Shown piece after piece: positions 29,852 through 39,267 of a stretch of DNA of 64,000 nucleotides. This DNA is from Bdellovibrionales bacterium (lineage in GTDB: Bacteria > Bdellovibrionota > Bdellovibrionia > Bdellovibrionales > UBA1609), in NCBI GenBank assembly GCA_965203095.1, contig OZ241877.1:32001-96000 (forward strand), written 5' to 3'. The notes under the pieces were generated by a model that was not told the DNA's origin, searched no databases, and was given only the letters and a program-made list of their open reading frames with translations. Numbering within the stretch: the first letter of the stretch is position 1; the number at the start of each line of letters is the position of its first letter. Made by a program: the position numbers and the translations under genes.

Positions 29852-30043
29852 TAGTCGTCCGTGAAAAAGCCTCAGTAAGTCCCTCTCATCCCCTGCTTTT
29901 ACAGGCTCAGACTTTTCAATCACTTTTGCCTAAAGGCCGTCCCATGAGGGTCCAAGGTATTGCCGTCCCGAAATGGGACGGACCTTTAGGCAAAGAAACT
30001 GAAGAATCCCCTGTGAATTATAGAGCTTTTTCACGGGCGATTA
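29852..30043 (+). mobile_element. Full-length family-A element (192 bp)
   Basis: TAGTCGTCCGTGAAAAA...TTTTTCACGGGCGATTA; core ATGAGGGTCCAAGGTATTGCCGTCCCGAAAT at 29944..29974. Confidence 0.88.
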
Positions 30044-30078
30044 ATTTAGTCGTTCTAAAAAAACTATCCTCCTAAATT

Positions 30079-30232
30079 TAGTGACTCATGAAAAAGTATC
30101 CTCTCAACTTCTTTTTTCCAAAGGCCATTTCATTCATGAGGGTCCAAGGTATTGCCGTCCCGAAATGGGATGGCCTTTGGAAAAAGAAACTAAAGAATAA
30201 GGCTTTCCAGAAGGATTTTTCACAAAAGATTG
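30079..30232 (+). mobile_element. Family-A element variant
   Basis: Degenerate ends TAGTGACTCATGAAAAAG / TTTTTCAC; core at 30136..30166 on a CCAAAGGCCAT / ATGGCCTTTGG stem. Confidence 0.8.
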
Positions 30233-30335
30233 TTGAGTTATATGCTTGCAAGTGATGATAATAGGTTATATAAATCACTGTAAAACAACAAAATGATTTG
30301 TTTTCTGTTCATCTCACTTAAAGGATCTAAAAGCT

Positions 30336-31139
30336 ATGTATTTAAAAATGAGAATTTTGATCATATTTTTTGTCAGTTTTGAGTTTACTGGCCATTCCTC
30401 AGCCACAAAATCAAAAAAACCAGTCTCTACTTATGGGGTAGCTGTCCAAAAACCGGCCTTTGTAGGCTCCGCTTGGACAAAGATAAAAAATAATACTGCT
30501 TATGGGGCGGCCATCAATGGGGATATGGGCACTCTTCTTGCCGAACTGGCCAAAGGCTATGACCCTAACAAAAAATTGAGATACAGCAAAAATACAGCTT
30601 TGCACTTTGCCGCTGAAAAGGGGCATTTGCCCATTATTATGGAACTGGTAAAACATGGGGCCAGAATTAACTCCTACAATGGAAAGGGCTTAAGCCCTCT
30701 TCATATAGCTCTTCAATTTAGGCAATTAAAAGTAGCTGAATGGCTTATTGAACAGGGGGCTGATATTTATATTCCAAATGAAAAAAATTATGGAAAATCG
30801 GAATCAGTCCATCTGTCTTTAGAAATAGCAATAGCTGAATGGAAAAAGCTCTTCCATAGCAAAATTGAAGTGAGCCCCCCCGATAGACCTATAAAATATT
30901 ACATACCGGAAGATCAACTGGAACAATACTCTCACTTACCCATCGAGGGAGAAGATGTGGTCCGACAAAGGGAGAAGATCCAACAACTTATTTCAGGTTA
31001 TGGAAGGCTCATTTTGATTATTTTAGAAAAAGGAGAAATAAATATCCCTCTGTTTTTAAAAAAACTTCCAGAAAAATATAGAGAACGGCTTAAAGCACAA
31101 ACGACAAAAGGGGGGCCTTGCCAGGCCTCTTTCCAATAA
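30336..31139 (+). CDS. Exported ankyrin-repeat protein
   Basis: TALHFAAEKGH..IIMELVKHGARIN, SPLHIALQ...VAEWLIEQGADI; hydrophobic N-terminus. Confidence 0.88.
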   Translation: MYLKMRILIIFFVSFEFTGHSSATKSKKPVSTYGVAVQKPAFVGSAWTKIKNNTAYGAAINGDMGTLLAELAKGYDPNKKLRYSKNTALHFAAEKGHLPIIMELVKHGARINSYNGKGLSPLHIALQFRQLKVAEWLIEQGADIYIPNEKNYGKSESVHLSLEIAIAEWKKLFHSKIEVSPPDRPIKYYIPEDQLEQYSHLPIEGEDVVRQREKIQQLISGYGRLILIILEKGEINIPLFLKKLPEKYRERLKAQTTKGGPCQASFQ

Positions 31140-31187
31140 TAGGCCAATAGGTCTTAAAGGCTTTTATAAACCAGGGCCTTTAACCCA

Positions 31188-32228
31188 TTATAAAGAGGAA
31201 AATTGCTTTAAAAATCGAATGTCATTTTCAAAAAACAGCCGAATATTGGGAATACCATATAAAAGTAAAGCCAGCCTCTCCACACCTAAGCCAAAAGCAA
31301 AACCCTGCCACTGGGAGCTATCCATATTAACGGAATGAAAGACTTTGGGATGGACTAAGCCACAGCCCCCAATTTCAATCCAGCCTGTTTTTTTGCAAAC
31401 CGAACAACCTTTCATAGAGCAAAAAAGGCAAGAGACATCATACTCCGCAGAAGGCTCCGTAAAAGGGAAAAAACTGGGGCGAAATCGCACCTGAGCCTTT
31501 GATTCTTGAAAAAGCTCTTTTAAAAAATAAGAGAGTGTCCCCTTGAGATCTGCTAAAGACACCCGCCGATTCACATAAAGACCTTCTACCTGATGAAACA
31601 TGGGGGAATGAGAGACATCGCTGTCCCGGCGGAACACAGCCCCTGGAGCTAAGGCGGATAAAGGGGGCTTTTGTGATTCCAAAATTCGAATTTGAACGGG
31701 GCTGGTATGTGTTCTTAAAACATGATCCTCTCCAATATAAAAACTGTCTTGCAGATCTCGGCTGGGGTGAAAGGGGGGGAAATTTAAGGCCGAAAAATTA
31801 TACCAGTCCGACTCCACAAAAGGCCCTGTTTGAACAGAATAGCCTAAAGGCTTGAAAACATCCACAACAAGTTCAATCACTTGGGATATGGGATGCTTTG
31901 CTCCTATAGGCAAATAAGGCCCAGGCAAGCTTAAATCTATGGCTTCTTTTTTAAGATCCTCTTTTATGGCCTCTTCCACTATTTCCCTTTTGCGTTTTAA
32001 ATAAAGGGAATCCAGCTGTAGTCGCATTTTATTTAACTGCTGACCATGGGCTGGTCTTTCTTTTAAGGGGAGGTCTTTGATGCCTCGCATAGCCAAAATC
32101 AAAAAACTTTTTTTACCTAAATACTGAACTTTTAAATCATAAAGCTCTTTTTCAGTTGAGGCTTTGTTAAAAGCCTCTTTAGCCTCTTTTAACATGGAGT
32201 TTATATTTTTATTCATACCATCGCCCAT
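31188..32228 (-). CDS. pheS: Phenylalanine--tRNA ligase alpha subunit
   Basis: HPSRDLQDSFY, LRTHTSPVQ, HSPMFHQVEG, RPSFFPFTEPS, GFAFGLGVER. Confidence 0.97.
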   Translation of the reverse strand: MGDGMNKNINSMLKEAKEAFNKASTEKELYDLKVQYLGKKSFLILAMRGIKDLPLKERPAHGQQLNKMRLQLDSLYLKRKREIVEEAIKEDLKKEAIDLSLPGPYLPIGAKHPISQVIELVVDVFKPLGYSVQTGPFVESDWYNFSALNFPPFHPSRDLQDSFYIGEDHVLRTHTSPVQIRILESQKPPLSALAPGAVFRRDSDVSHSPMFHQVEGLYVNRRVSLADLKGTLSYFLKELFQESKAQVRFRPSFFPFTEPSAEYDVSCLFCSMKGCSVCKKTGWIEIGGCGLVHPKVFHSVNMDSSQWQGFAFGLGVERLALLLYGIPNIRLFFENDIRFLKQFSSL

Positions 32229-32324
32229 TTTTTAAATCAGCTCCTATTATCAGGAGAATGAATAAAACTTCAACTGATATTGAATTATTTAATCTCTCGT
32301 GAAAATCTAAATTCATGGTGACTT

Positions 32325-32449
32325 AAGCTGGCTTTTATGATAGCTAACTTATTGGAATCACTATGAAGAATAGGTATTTTATCCGTTCCCGAATCGCAGA
32401 GAGGAAATTTAGGGAGATTATTAGGCTCTTTTCAGCTGATTTTTTTTAA
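32325..32449 (+). pseudogene. IS1595-family (IS1016-like) transposase 5' remnant
   Basis: ATG at 32363 gives MKNRYFIRSRIAERKFREIIRLFSAD then a stop, resembling the N-terminus of IS1595-family transposases from memory. Confidence 0.55.
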
Positions 32450-32627
32450 GATTTTTTGCTTTTTTTTGTGAAAAATAGGATCCCGGGGGGAAGATGTAAG
32501 GCCCTCCCCGTGATATTTAAGCCCCCCTCCATTGTAGGGAGACTCCAGACTTGTTTTTAAGGCTTATTTGATAGCTGAGGCTTGGATATAGATAAAGATT
32601 AGAGAGAAAAATAGAGGGTTCTGAGGC

Positions 32628-33110
32628 TTAATCCACCCAGTTAATCTTGTCTGTGTTCAATGCTCCGCTGTCCATAATCATGTCATAATGTTTTGAGTCT
32701 ATAAAAGCTCCTGCCAAGTCTGCCTTTGTCAAGTTTGCCCCTATCAATTTTGCCCCTGCCAAGTCTGCCATAAACAAGTCTGCCCCTATCAATTTTGCCC
32801 TATACAAGTTTGCCCATGTCAAGACTGCTCAAGTCAAGTCTGCCTTTATCAAGACTGCCCCTGTTAAGTCTGCCATAAACAAGTCTGCCCATCTCAATTT
32901 TGCCCTATACAAGTTTGCCCATGTCAAGACTGCCCCATACAAGTTGGCCTCTGTTAAGTCTGCCCATCTCAAGTCAGTTTTTTCCAGGTGTTTTTTTCCT
33001 TGTCTGATTTGTTCAATCAATTCTGCTTGTTTTGTGGGATCAACTGGCCCCGGATTTTCAGAAAAAGCCGGCAAGCTTATTAAAAGAATAAGGCTCAATA
33101 GTATTTTCAT
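32628..33110 (-). pseudogene. Exported pentapeptide-repeat protein interrupted by an in-frame TGA
   Basis: Signal peptide MKILLSL..., A(D/N)Lxx repeats; ...ADLT-TGA(32831..32829)-AVLTWANLYRA continues in frame. Confidence 0.8.
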
Positions 33111-33205
33111 TGTCTGTCTTATAGCAGGATTGTCTGGGGGAATAAAGTCTTTTGTAAATTTTTCACACAAAAGGGCAGGGCTTTATTGTGGGGCTTTGTC
33201 TTTTA

Positions 33206-33275
33206 AGCTGGTCTTTTGCTTATGCGATAACGGACAGAGCTTTTTCACGAGCGACTAAATCGCCTGTGACAAGCC
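33206..33275. repeat. Half family-A element plus the start of another end
   Basis: GCTGGTCTTTTGCTTATGCGATAA..GACAGAGCTTTTTCACGAGCGACTA resembles the reverse complement of 12346..12389; followed by AATCGCCTGTGA. Confidence 0.7.
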
Positions 33276-33401
33276 TTGTTAAAAAGATTGCATTATTCTT
33301 CAATTTCTTTAAGCCATAGCTTGCTTTTCCACAAAAAGCATTTTATACTATTTTTTTGGATTCTCAGTAAGTTAAACACCAACTAATAAGGAGATATACC
33401 A

Positions 33402-34385
33402 ATGAAAATCAAAACTCAAAAAACTAAAAAAGAACTTGGGGAATTTTCGGTATTAAAGCCCGGAAATCATCACGACAAATTTTTTAAAAGATTCTATTCT
33501 CAGCCTCAATTTGCTGAGGAGATTGTGAGATTGATATTGTCTAAAGAGGAGTTAAAAGCCTGTAATCTATCAAAACTCAAAGTAGAAAAAAGCCTTTTTA
33601 AAGATAAGCAGATGGACTTGGTTTTGTCTTTTCCCCTAAAAAACTTTCCTAAAAGCCAGATCAGGATAGTCGTCCTGTTTGAGCACAAGTCCAAATATGA
33701 CAAAAATCTCTTTAAGCAGGTTTTAAGGTATCAGACAAAGCTTTATGAGCAGTCCCAACAGAGGATAGTGGTAATTCCTGTTTTGTTTTATCACGGAAAA
33801 GTCCCTTGGAGTTGGAAGTTGTCTTTTCAGGAGGTTGTTTTAGGAGAGTTTTTTTTAAAAATTCCTCGATCTTTTAGAAAAAACATGTTAAATTATGGTT
33901 TGAGGTTATTGAATACAGGGGATAGGAGGGTTCAGAGGGTTTTTGATGATCGGAGTTTTAAGACGGGTCGGGTTTTACAGTTGTTGGACCGTGTGTGGTT
34001 TTTAAAGGATAATGAGCGGGAGTTGCGGGAGGTATTATTTGCTTTTTTTAGGGTTTTTAAGCGTGATGAGTGGATATTGGCTGTGGCCAAGTATTTGAGG
34101 TCGGCGGGGGTAAATATTAAGCTTTGGAACAAGTTGGAGGAAGAGGCTATTAAGAAGGCTTTATTAAAGAAAGGAGGCTATATGGACATAAAAGAGGAAA
34201 TTCGGTTGGAAGGTCGCTGGGAAGGACGACAGGAAGGTCGGCAAGAGGGACGGGAGGAAGGTCGGGAGGAAGGCCGACAGGAAGTTATCCGGAATATGCT
34301 GAGAGAAAAGGCAGATCTGACTTTCATCTCTAAAGTGACGGGCCTACCTGTTCGAGAGATCAAAAAGCTTAAAAACGGTTCTTGA
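33402..34385 (+). CDS. Rpn family recombination-promoting nuclease / putative transposase (PD-(D/E)XK)
   Basis: HDKFFK, MDLVL...LFEHKS, VIPVLFYHG, C-terminal EGRQ/EGRE repeats and ISKVTGL helix-turn-helix. Confidence 0.9.
   Translation: MKIKTQKTKKELGEFSVLKPGNHHDKFFKRFYSQPQFAEEIVRLILSKEELKACNLSKLKVEKSLFKDKQMDLVLSFPLKNFPKSQIRIVVLFEHKSKYDKNLFKQVLRYQTKLYEQSQQRIVVIPVLFYHGKVPWSWKLSFQEVVLGEFFLKIPRSFRKNMLNYGLRLLNTGDRRVQRVFDDRSFKTGRVLQLLDRVWFLKDNERELREVLFAFFRVFKRDEWILAVAKYLRSAGVNIKLWNKLEEEAIKKALLKKGGYMDIKEEIRLEGRWEGRQEGRQEGREEGREEGRQEVIRNMLREKADLTFISKVTGLPVREIKKLKNGS
34182..34385 (+). CDS. Predicted intragenic small C-terminal product (RpnS-like, 67 aa)
   Basis: AGGAGG at 34172..34177, then an in-frame ATG at 34182 (codon 261). 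Confidence 0.6.
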   Translation: MDIKEEIRLEGRWEGRQEGRQEGREEGREEGRQEVIRNMLREKADLTFISKVTGLPVREIKKLKNGS

Positions 34386-34401
34386 TTCTTGTTCAGTTTG
34401 T

Positions 34402-36957
34402 TTAAAAATAGGTTTTAAGGTATTGCCCGGTCAGGCTTTTTTTGTTTTTTGCCACATCCTCTGGAGGGGCCTGAGCCAAAAGCTGTCCACCTGCTGGTCC
34501 AGCTCCAGGGCCTAAATCTATAAGATAATCACAAGATTTGAGTATATCTAAGTGATGCTCGATAACCATCACTGTATGCCCTTGATCCACCAGACGGTGT
34601 AAAATTTGAATCAGCCTCTCCACATCCTGAAAATGAAGTCCTGTAGTAGGCTCATCTAAAATATAAAAACTGTGAGAGCGAGTTTTTTTGGCCAGTTCCC
34701 TGGACAGTTTGATCCTCTGGGCTTCACCACCGGAAAGGCTAAGAGAGCTTTGCCCTAAGCGAATATATCCTAAACCCACATCTTGCAAAAATTTTAACTG
34801 ATAATTAATGCCCGGATGATTTTTAAAAAACTTTAGAGCTGAATCCACACTCATATTTAAAACATCAAAAATATTTTTCCCTTTGTAAAATACATTTAAA
34901 ATCTCCGGTGTGTATCTTTTGCCATTACAAACTTCACACTGCGAAAATACATCTGGCAAAAATCGCATCTCCAATTTAACAGCTCCTGCCCCTTTGCAAT
35001 TCTCACAACGGCCTCCAGGAATATTAAAGCTAAAATGCCCCGGTGCTTGCCCTCGCATTCTGGCTGTAGGTAAAAAAGCAAAAAAATTCCTAATTTGTTG
35101 GAATAGGCCCACATAAGTGGCTGGGTTAGAACGAGGGCTCCGGCCAATTGGTTTTTGATCAATACAAATGACTCTTTCCACAAGATCTAAACCATAAGCC
35201 TTGCGAACCAAGCCCTTGGGGTAAGAACTTTTGTTAATTGAGCTGAGCAAAAGAGGCTCAATACTACCTGTGACAAGAGAACTTTTCCCACTTCCGGAAA
35301 CTCCACTCACAGCCACCAAGCAAGATAAGGGAATATTCACATTTATATTTTTTAAATTGTTGGTTTTAAGCCCTTGAAGCCGGATAGTAGAGGCTTTTCT
35401 GTTGAAACGACTCTGGTAAATGGGGATGGATTTTTTTTTGGATAGATAAGCCCCAGTCAGGCTTTTTTTGTTTTTTTTGATTTCAGAAACTGTTCCCTCC
35501 GCTAATAAAAAACCTCCGTTTTCCCCAGCTCCGGGCCCCAAATCAATCACCTTGTCGGCCTGACAGATGCTCTCCTCATCATGCTCCACTATGATGACTG
35601 TATTCCCTCTATCCCTTATTTTTTGGACTGCCTTTAAAAGGCGATGATGATCTTTTGCGTGAAGGCCAATGCTGGGCTCATCTAAAACATAAAGTGCCCC
35701 CACTACCGGAGAGGCCATTTGAGAAGCCAGACGAACCCTTTGGGCCTCTCCTCCGGAAAGGGTGGAAAGAGAGCGGTTTAAACTCAAATAATCTAAACTC
35801 AGTTCATGCAAAAAAGAGAGCCTTTCTAAAATAGGCTTTTTTATCTTTTCCACAATTTGCTTTCGAGTCCCAGAAAATTTTAAAGCCTTTATAAATTTTT
35901 CCAACTGGACAATATTCATTGCACTGAGCTGATTGATATTTAAATCTTGAATTTTTACTTGTAGGGCCAACTCATTTAAACGGCCCCCTTGGCATTGAGG
36001 GCAAAGCTCGCCCACTTTCTCTTTATGTCTGTAATAAATATCCTCTCTGTCTATCGATCGCCCTGTCCCATTACAAGAGGCACAAGCCCCTTTGGGGCTG
36101 TTAAAGCTGAAAAGCTTAGGCTCCATGTCGGGAAAACTGAAGTCACACTGAGGGCAAGACAGATGGAGGGAGTAAAGTTTTTTTTGTCCCTTAGGGCTTT
36201 CTGCCTGCACAAAAGAATGGCTGAGGTTTAAAGCCCCCTCCACCGCAGAGGTGATTTTTTCCAAATAACCTCTATCCCAAGTCACTATATCCACTAAAAC
36301 CTCAATATAATGATCCTTTCTTTTTTCCAGTTTATGAACTTGGCCCAAGTCCCTCCACTGGCCATCAATTCGTGCACGATCCCATCCCATAGAGAGGCAC
36401 TGCTCTATCTCTTTAGAAAACTCCCCCTTTTTGCCTCTGGCAATGGGGCTTAAAATATAAAGAGGTTCTGTTTTAGGGGACTTGGCTATTTCCGCAGTGA
36501 TCTCCTCAGCAGTTTGTGATTTTAAGAGCTTTTTGTGAAGGGGGCAAAAGGACTCTCCGGCACGGGCATATAAAAGCCGGACAAAATCATAAATTTCCGT
36601 AAGAGTGCCCACAGTGGAACGAGGGTTAAAAGAGATGGTTTTTTGATCGATGGCAATGCTGGGGGAAAGCCCGTAAATGAAGTCCACTTGGGGCCTTTTC
36701 ATCTGATCGATAAAGTATCTCACATAAACGGATAGGCTTTCTAAATAGCGCCTTTGCCCCTCAGCGTAAAGGGTATCAAAAGCCAAGGTGGATTTACCAC
36801 TGCCACTGAGTCCGGTGATAAGAGTGATTTTATTCCGGGGGATAAAAACATTTATGTTTTTTAAGTTGTGCTCCCTGGCACCCAGGACCTGAATGCCCTC
36901 TTTTGCTGTTTTCCTTAAAGGGGATTTTTGTAAAATAGGTTTTTTTAAGCCTTCCAT
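34402..36957 (-). CDS. uvrA: Excinuclease ABC subunit A
   Basis: GAREHNLKN, two Walker A (GLSGSGKS, GVSGSGKS), LSGGEAQR twice, zinc fingers. Confidence 0.96.
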   Translation of the reverse strand: MEGLKKPILQKSPLRKTAKEGIQVLGAREHNLKNINVFIPRNKITLITGLSGSGKSTLAFDTLYAEGQRRYLESLSVYVRYFIDQMKRPQVDFIYGLSPSIAIDQKTISFNPRSTVGTLTEIYDFVRLLYARAGESFCPLHKKLLKSQTAEEITAEIAKSPKTEPLYILSPIARGKKGEFSKEIEQCLSMGWDRARIDGQWRDLGQVHKLEKRKDHYIEVLVDIVTWDRGYLEKITSAVEGALNLSHSFVQAESPKGQKKLYSLHLSCPQCDFSFPDMEPKLFSFNSPKGACASCNGTGRSIDREDIYYRHKEKVGELCPQCQGGRLNELALQVKIQDLNINQLSAMNIVQLEKFIKALKFSGTRKQIVEKIKKPILERLSFLHELSLDYLSLNRSLSTLSGGEAQRVRLASQMASPVVGALYVLDEPSIGLHAKDHHRLLKAVQKIRDRGNTVIIVEHDEESICQADKVIDLGPGAGENGGFLLAEGTVSEIKKNKKSLTGAYLSKKKSIPIYQSRFNRKASTIRLQGLKTNNLKNINVNIPLSCLVAVSGVSGSGKSSLVTGSIEPLLLSSINKSSYPKGLVRKAYGLDLVERVICIDQKPIGRSPRSNPATYVGLFQQIRNFFAFLPTARMRGQAPGHFSFNIPGGRCENCKGAGAVKLEMRFLPDVFSQCEVCNGKRYTPEILNVFYKGKNIFDVLNMSVDSALKFFKNHPGINYQLKFLQDVGLGYIRLGQSSLSLSGGEAQRIKLSRELAKKTRSHSFYILDEPTTGLHFQDVERLIQILHRLVDQGHTVMVIEHHLDILKSCDYLIDLGPGAGPAGGQLLAQAPPEDVAKNKKSLTGQYLKTYF

Positions 36958-37871
36958 CCTCCCTTTACCCCTTTGACGATAGAGCTTTCCACAGTGAAAG
37001 GATGAAGGCTCTCATAATGTTGCACACGAATAAAGTAATCCACAAGCCCCTTTTCCCTCCGGAACAAAAAGGCCAATCGCCGGACGGCATCTTCACAAAA
37101 CATCATATTGTTGGCATTGAGACGGGCAAACTCCGCCTCATCCTCCCTTTTGACCGCTGTTTGCACAGCTGTTTTTAGGCTTTCTTCTACTTTACCCACT
37201 GTCTTTAAAAAAGAAAAAGAGTTTTTTGATTTTTCCCCCAACTGAAGTTTAAAAAAAGCTTTACTTTTTTGAGCATGAGGGACGGCAGACAAAAAACCCC
37301 TCTCATTCAAATAAGCTAAAGCCTCTTCTTTTTTAATGCTGTTTTGACTTATGAAAGCCTTTTCAAAATCCCGTTTGATGATCTCACGGGCTAAAGAAGC
37401 AGAGCAAGGGCAAGTCGAAGAGTAAAGAACCTCCCCCCCAGCAATATATTGAAAAGCCTTTTTCTTCCCCTCAAAGTTCAATTCCAAATAAAAAGGATAC
37501 TCCCTCCACCCCCTGAGCGAACTTTTAAGAGCTTTTCGCAAAACAGGCCATCCGGCTGAGAGACGAATACGGCCGGATTGAGATGGCCCTTTTTGACTTT
37601 TGATGGCCTTCAGCAAAACTTTTTTTAAGCCTGAGAAGCTCACAATATTTTTGGAAAAATACTCATGCAAGCTCAAATAAAGCCTCGACATGTGTATCCC
37701 TCTCACTTTTTGATCTTGTAAAGAGACCAAAACCGACAACTTGGCCGATGTTGTGATCTGGGTTGTGAGACGCACAGGCAAGCTCAAACCCTGAATGCCC
37801 ACCAAATCAATAGCTTGGCTGGACTTTAGCCTTTCCCTCGCGACATCGGGAACTTGTTGAGATAAAGACAC
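36945..37871 (-). CDS. folE2: GTP cyclohydrolase IB
   Basis: PDV, RGIHMSRL, YSSTCPCS, PHAQKS, VKREDE, FCEDAVR, ESLHP. Confidence 0.92.
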   Translation of the reverse strand: MSLSQQVPDVARERLKSSQAIDLVGIQGLSLPVRLTTQITTSAKLSVLVSLQDQKVRGIHMSRLYLSLHEYFSKNIVSFSGLKKVLLKAIKSQKGPSQSGRIRLSAGWPVLRKALKSSLRGWREYPFYLELNFEGKKKAFQYIAGGEVLYSSTCPCSASLAREIIKRDFEKAFISQNSIKKEEALAYLNERGFLSAVPHAQKSKAFFKLQLGEKSKNSFSFLKTVGKVEESLKTAVQTAVKREDEAEFARLNANNMMFCEDAVRRLAFLFRREKGLVDYFIRVQHYESLHPFTVESSIVKGVKGGWKA

Positions 37872-37881
37872 TGGTCAAGCC

Positions 37882-38097
37882 TTACAGCCTATCCGCTGGA
37901 CGAATGGGATTGTCATAATCAAAATAAACTTTGCCTTTAGCCACCTCTCTTAAAGCTGTCACTACCGGCTTGTTTTTTACAGCTACCAAAGGAGAGTCCC
38001 CCTTTAAAATCTGCTTGACACGCTTAGAGACAATCACCGCCAACTCAAAGCGATTGGGAACTTTTTTTAAGCAATCTTCCACAGTGACACGAGCCAT
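37882..38097 (-). CDS. rpoZ: RNA polymerase omega subunit
   Basis: [38 protein letters not shown]. Confidence 0.96.
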   Translation of the reverse strand: MARVTVEDCLKKVPNRFELAVIVSKRVKQILKGDSPLVAVKNKPVVTALREVAKGKVYFDYDNPIRPADRL

Positions 38098-38157
38098 ATT
38101 TTCCTCCTTATTTAAAGCTCTCTTCTATCATCATTTTTAAGCCTTCTCAAGTTTTTT

Positions 38158-38838
38158 TTACATTTTGATTAGGGCATAGAAAAGCATTTTTTTCAATTCA
38201 AAAGGCAAAAAAGGTTTTTCCAATAAAAGGCTAATTCGTTTGGCCTTTTTGTCATTCCACTGGGAGGGTTGGTTCAAAAACTGAAGGGCTTGAGCTTTTT
38301 TTGAGCTGATCCGGGGGGTCCGTTGCGGGGCTTTTTGGCCGGGATAAACCGTTTTAAAAAGCCGGGGCCAGTCAAACAAATAGCCCGGATCGGCTTTGCC
38401 ACGAAAGCCAGCAATATGCTCATGCCCTAAAATCCTTTCCGGCTTTTCCAAAGCAGGATAAAGCTTTTTAAGCTGAGACAAAAGGGCAAAAAGGCTGGCA
38501 TATTGGTTTTCAGAAAAGGGAAAAACATTGCCGTTCCAATTCACTAACTCTATCCCAAGAGAAAAGCGGTTAAAGTTTTCCCAAAGAGCTTCAGAATCTA
38601 AAAAACGACTGTGACCAGCATGAAAAGCTTTTTGGCAAAGGCCCTTTGTGCAAGGGACTATTTCATATAAAGCCCCTTTCTCATCTATCAGAATATGACA
38701 GGATACTGGGTGAGAATGAGATAAAAAAATATTCAAACTCCCCTTCAAGCTCTGTGCTGTATAATGCAAAACTGCAAACTGAACAGGAATAGGCTTTTTT
38801 TCAAGATGAGGGGAACGGTATTTTTGGGAAATCAGCAT
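38158..38838 (-). CDS. N-acetylmuramoyl-L-alanine amidase (AmpD / Amidase_2)
   Basis: VLHYT, VSCHILI, AFHAG.S, SLGIELVN, ILGHEHIA..GKADPG. Confidence 0.9.
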   Translation of the reverse strand: MLISQKYRSPHLEKKPIPVQFAVLHYTAQSLKGSLNIFLSHSHPVSCHILIDEKGALYEIVPCTKGLCQKAFHAGHSRFLDSEALWENFNRFSLGIELVNWNGNVFPFSENQYASLFALLSQLKKLYPALEKPERILGHEHIAGFRGKADPGYLFDWPRLFKTVYPGQKAPQRTPRISSKKAQALQFLNQPSQWNDKKAKRISLLLEKPFLPFELKKMLFYALIKM

Positions 38839-38933
38839 AATGGACTCTGCCCTGTATAGAAATTTTAGATTAAGTCTCTTCTTCTAATTTTTTTAAAATA
38901 ATAGACCCTGCCCTGTATACAAAAAAATTTAGA

Positions 38934-39017
38934 TAGTTGCCTGATAAAAGTCTACATTTAACAGATCGCATAAACAAAAATCCATCTTACCTGGCGGGAA
39001 AAATACCCATGAACCAT
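38934..39017. repeat. Decayed family-A half element
   Basis: TAGTTGCCTGATAAAAGTCTACATTTAACAGATCGCATAA resembles the reverse complement of 12435..12470; decayed core GCGGGAAAAATACC. Confidence 0.6.
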
Positions 39018-39267
39018 ACAAAAAACTTAGGATAAGTATAAGCTAAAACTAAGACTAAAAAAAACAGGAAACAAGTTTAAAATTTAAAAACATAAAAAAG
39101 TTAAAAAAACATAAAGTTTGAAGTAAAAAAAGCCGGATCCCGGCATTTTTGCCATAGAGTTATTTTCTATTAAAAAACATTTCTGTGAAATTATTTCAAA
39201 GTTGGTTGAGGTTTTTACAAATAAAAAGTAAAAAAGCTTAATGACTTTATTTTATGAAATAATAAAA

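Noticed and set aside
32829..32831. Genome-wide TGA recoding or selenocysteine
   Set aside because: TGA terminates well-defined genes here (E1 beta, pheT, bioF, rpn), conserved Trp residues use TGG, and the position is not a Cys site.
38845..38925. Direct repeat CTGCCCTGTATA twice upstream of the amidase gene
   Set aside because: 12-bp match in a repeat-littered intergenic region; insufficient evidence for an operator.
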